DNA of 64,000 bases, from the NCBI GenBank assembly GCA_012862495.1, contig BLSG01000216.1, positions 230,067 to 294,066 of the forward strand, given 5' to 3'. A program made the position numbers and the translations under genes. Of the stretch, positions 59,701 to 64,000 are shown piece after piece; the stretch's first letter is position 1; each line of letters opens with the position of its first letter. The notes beneath the pieces are model-generated. The model worked only from the letters and a program-made list of their open reading frames with translations. It searched no databases and had not been told where the DNA came from. This DNA is from Thraustochytrium aureum. Lineage: Eukaryota.

Positions 59701-62700
59701 TCAGTCTTGCTGAGCAGCTTGGTCAATCACGCCACCATCCGTGGAGTGCGCGCGTTCTACTGCACTTGCGACAGCAGACGCGGTCTCTTGGACTTGCTCC
59801 GCGGCTGCTGTCACCTCTCGTTCGCCAGGCTGCGCGACCTGGCCGGCGAGCTCGGCGGTCTCGGCTCGCTTCGAGTTGAAGCGGGCACAAGCGAGCATGA
59901 TCGACTTCGTGAAGAGCCGCGAATCGCCTTGAAAGCGATACGTTTGAGCAAGCTGGCCGCCCTCCTTGTTGTAAAAGAGACTGATCTGCGCCGGGTCGTT
60001 GTTCGGATACCGCATGCGGGCAACATCCTTGAGCGTCCGGTTGCTCTTGACAACACCATAGCCGGGCCTTTGCGGGTGGGGGTCCAGCACGAGGAAGCGC
60101 TCGGGGGTAACGACCAAGACGCGCTTGGCGAAGAACGGCTTGGCCAGCTTCTTCTCCATCTTTTCCTTGTACGCCTCGAAACTCCGCGTGGCACGACCGA
60201 GCTCCGCTACTGCAGCCAGGTCGCCCTTGTTCAAGGAGGCGATCATCTTCAAGACTGCGGGGTCTTCCTCGTACGCCATATCGGCGGCGAGGTCTTCGCC
60301 CGACGTGGCCTTGTGCTCCGCGGCGCTCAGCTCTGTTGCCACAGTCGCGAGCTTTTGCTGCGCCGTCGCATAGGCCTGGGCTGCGGAGGAGCGCAGCTTG
60401 CTGCTTAGGCCGGTCGTGTCCGGCACTTTGATGGCTTTCAGACGACTGGACCACCCGCTCGCCCAGGAAGACGACGCGCCGCTGGACGCTGCCGCACTTT
60501 CGGAAGCCTGCGGCGCAGCCTCTGCATCTCCCTGCGCGCCCGTGGGCGCAGGTGTGGACTCTGCAGGAGCCGCAGCTTTGCGCCACACTGAGGAAAAGAA
60601 ACGGTTCGAAGATGCCGCCGCGCCGGGCGTAGTGGCGCTTGATTCGCCGTCGTCCGACGCGCCTCTCGGTGCTGGCTGCTCCGATGCTGGAACTTGCGAA
60701 GTGGGTTGCGATCCTTCGACAGGCTTTTTCCACACATTCGACAACAAGCTCGAAATGGCTGCCAAGTTGGCAGACGAAGCCACCGCCGAGCCAGCAGCGC
60801 CGCCTTGGTCACCGCCAGGGGCGCCAGAGTACGAGACTGCGGTGCTCGATCGAGCTCGCTTGGCGTTCGCTCGCGCCTTGGTGGCCAAAAAGCTTGCTGC
60901 AGCTCCCGGGCTGCTGTGCCGGTACCGCAAGAACGCGTCGTACGTGTTGAGCACGGTCCGCGAAGGCGGCATGTTGATGAGGCAGTCGTCAAGTTGGTAG
61001 CCCATCTCGCGCACGGCAGTGAAGCAAGCCAAAAATCCCCCTTCCACAACACCGACGAACGGGAACCCGAGGCGCAGAAAGTACAGCGCGCAGGTGTCGA
61101 CCGCACGCTGGTCCCGCTCTCGCAGCTCGCGCGCACGGGCAGGGTTAAAGTCGGCCAGCAGGACATCGCTGCCGCTTCCAAGGATGCAGATCTGCATATC
61201 GCCGCGCATCGGCTCGAACGTGGCGCGTAGCTGCTCGCGCAGAGTCGGGTCGCCAAGCGTGCCGGGGTCGAGCTCAAAGCTCGTCGGAAATCTGCCCGTC
61301 CCGTGCGCGGTGCGCGGGGAGCGACAGTCCACGAGGAAAACCTTCTTGCACCCTTTGTAAGGCTCGTGCAGCGCTCGCGCAACCGCCGCGGCGGTGCTGC
61401 CTTGCGGCTGGTCGGCCGGAGGCAAAGCCGGCGACTCAGCTTCCTTGAAGCAGACCTGCCGGACCACGTCATGCGGGTCGACGGTGCCGCAGAACTGGCT
61501 CAGAGGCAGGAAGAACGGATCGCCCTCGACGTGGTCCATGTATTTCGTGGCGAGCTCCTCGAGGAGGACGCTCTCGCGGTGTGAGTAGATGGATAAGATG
61601 CGGCCCACCTCCCTCTCCTTGCCCCGGTTATACTTTGCGTAGTAAGCCTCGACACGGCCGCCAAGCCCAGGGCAAAGGGAGGTCGAGGACAGGGGCGCCA
61701 CGTCGGGCTCCTCCTCCGCCTCGCGCGCGCCTTCTCGCACTGTGCCAATCACCATGTAGAACGGACGCTCCTGCAACGCGAGCAGGGCCTCGGCGTCGCT
61801 TGTCGACAAGCCGAGCACCAGCAATCCATTGAGCGTCATTACGAGGTCGCCCGGGTGCAGCAGGCCAGTGCGTTCCGCTGGCGAGTCGGGCTCGACAGCG
61901 GTGACCTCCAGGCCGTACTTGCCTTTCACGAGGGTGATCCCCAGCGCGGAGCCGGCGTCCCCACCGAGCTCGACCAGGCGCCGGGTGAGCCGCACCTTGC
62001 TCCAGTCCACAGCCTGGTGCCCTGCTGCCGCTTTGCTGATTGCGGTTTTCAGGTTCTGAGCCTTGCGTCGAAGTGTGGAGGAGAGCCAACCAGCGCGCGT
62101 CTGTTGCTGCTGCTGCTTTGCCGAGTGCGGTTGTTGTGCGGTGCTTTCCGCACCACTGCCCTCGGCCGAAGATTGGTCTGCCGATGGGGCCACAAACTCG
62201 ACGCTCTCTTCGTCTTCAGCATCGAAGTGCTCGTCCTGCGGATTCGATCCAGCGACATCAGCACCCCTCAGCGCGTCGGCGGCCGCCTCAGCTCGCGCCT
62301 CAGCGGCGGCGCAGTTCTCGGCAAATTCTGCACGCTTGCTGGCGACCTGGTCCGCGTCGAAACGCTCGAGTTGTTGCGGAGTCGGGACACGCAAAAGCAG
62401 CTCCTCTTCCGCGGCCCATTGCGCGAGCCCGGGCGGCGTCCGCTCTGCTAGGGCCTCGGCTAGAGCACCAATCTCCGGCCAGGTGCGCGACTCGGTGCTG
62501 CAGCGGAGCTGCAAAGCATCCGGAGCCCCGCGCACAGCGTCGGCCAACTGTTCGGCATCAGAGACGTCGAGAAGCGACTCGCGACTCGCGATAAGGATGG
62601 CGGCAGCGGTGTACAGGGCCATCGCCTGCGGGCGACGGCCTGACAAGACCACGGCGTCCCATAGCGCCACGATTCCGCTCGCGCCAATCTTGCTTTGCGT

Positions 62701-64000
62701 CTCGTTTGACGGCAGGGGCGCAAGGAGCCCAAACAAGGGCTCGCTGAGCCAGTTTGCTCTTGCGGAGGTGTCGAGAACGCGATCCACGACCCTTCGAGGC
62801 GCCGCGCGCTCATCTGGGGATCCAGGGTCTTCAGCGGCTGCCCAGGCGGGACAGCGCGACTCGAGGTGGAAGGCGAGCACGGGGTCGTGAAAGCTAACGA
62901 GTTTGCCAAGGAGCAGGTGCCGCCGATAGGCCATTAGTGGCACCGTTGCTCGCGCCCAGGCAGCTCCGCCGACCCCCTCCAGGCCTTCCCCGGCGCTCTT
63001 GCTCAGCCCGGTCGACTCAAAGTCGCCGCGCCGTCCGCCCCACCTTACACACAGCCCTTCGAGGAGCTTGGCCGCGCGTTCAAGCTCGTTCGGGACAGCT
63101 GCGCCGTCGCCATTCGCCCGCACCCATGCGACCGTGACCGCGAGGTTGGAAAGGAGCACGTTGTAGGCCTTGCTCTGGTGCCGAAGGACAAGTCGGCACA
63201 CCAACCCTGCAAGAGCGTCCACTAGCGCACCATCCTCTGCGGGACAAGGCCCGGCAGCCAGCGCCGCCCAGGCTGCGGCGCAGTCCCGGCGGATGCCTTT
63301 GCGGACCGACGGGAAAATCTCATCAAGTCGATCGTCCGCGATGCCAAACCAGTCCGGGGCAACGGGCCTCTCGCGCGAACCCTGCAGAATCGAATTCCAC
63401 ACATCCGTTCGGAGCTCAGCGGGAAGAACGGCGCCTGGGATGCCGTTGATCGCCACCGCCGAGCGCAGTGCAGCGGGCTCGAACTGGCCGATTTCGAACA
63501 GCGTTTCCAGCCGCAAGGCAACTTTGCTAGAGCCCTGCTCCAATGTGGACCCTGAACCGAGCGCCTTGCGTTCCCGGAGCACGGCGAGCGCCGGAGGTTC
63601 AAAGTGAGCCGAGCGTAGTGCAGCTGCCTCGCCCGGCTCCAGGGGCAGGGGCGAGGGGCGGGGAGGACGTCCAGCGGAGGGCCCTCATCAGCAGCATCCG
63701 AACCGCGAGCACGCGGCGTAGCAGTGGAAGAGGCCTCGGCTGCTGTTTCACGATCCGAGTCAGGATCTGCGGACACCACCGTGGCGCCTTTGTGATCGAT
63801 GTAAAAGTCGCCACCGTCGTCGTCCTCCTCGTCGTCAAAGTCCTGCACAGCAGATGGCCGAAAGCTGTCAAAGGCAAGAACCGAGGCCGTACCAGACCCT
63901 GGCGCGCTGGGCTGCGCTGCAGAGGAGACGCTTGCGGAGGTGGACATCGAGGAGGTCTCAGACCCAGACTTGTCCGAGTCTTCCAGCCAGCTGAGGAACT
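59701..64000 (-). CDS. TBC1D23: TBC1D23-like protein: degenerate TBC domain, PDZ, rhodanese-like domain, C-terminal PH-like domain (frame break in C run ~63655; 5' end off window)
   Basis: TBC remnants LPAELRTDVW, LVSFHDPVLAFHL and IVALWD; PDZ ALGITL..GLEVTAVEPDSPAERTGLLHPGD; rhodanese-like FLVDCRS...ICILGSG...FLRLGFPFVGVVEGGF; tail RVLVVTPERFLVL..GVVKSNRTL. Confidence 0.75.

Overview
This is gene-dense, GC-rich, intron-poor eukaryotic nuclear DNA from a draft assembly with 14 N-gaps. The lineage is probably a flagellated protist such as a thraustochytrid or labyrinthulomycete-type stramenopile; that is inference from the AP2 and 3R-MYB factors, the central-pair flagellar genes and the few GT-AG introns. 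About 18 protein-coding genes are supported: a Kelch/BC-box protein, a Cys-rich TM-SH3 receptor-like protein, a membrane-anchored heme peroxidase, CFAP54, 3R-MYB, NPRL2, a giant EF-hand/FN3 protein, an androglobin-like protein, an orphan multipass membrane protein, GPR89, TM9SF3, a MORN-TM protein, an AP2 factor, Der/EngA GTPase, an MFS transporter, otubain, an SRPBCC protein and a TBC1D23-like protein. About 13 single-base frame breaks interrupt otherwise intact genes. They mostly lie in short homopolymers, and one overlapping contig pair disagrees by a single base, so they are best read as sequencing indels. The most interesting observations are: (1) two PriCT-2-like (viral/phage primase accessory) motifs inside the EF-hand/FN3 protein; (2) a hybrid heme peroxidase fused to a SEA-like GSV domain and a TM anchor; (3) an androglobin-like protein that appears to lack the globin; (4) a TBC1D23-like protein with a PDZ insertion; (5) a recurrent GCTAGCTCTA(G) motif at gene 3' ends; (6) a 150-bp tandem repeat in a divergent promoter. 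I found no rRNA, tRNA, CRISPR array or recognisable transposase. All family calls come from reading motifs by eye, not from database searches.
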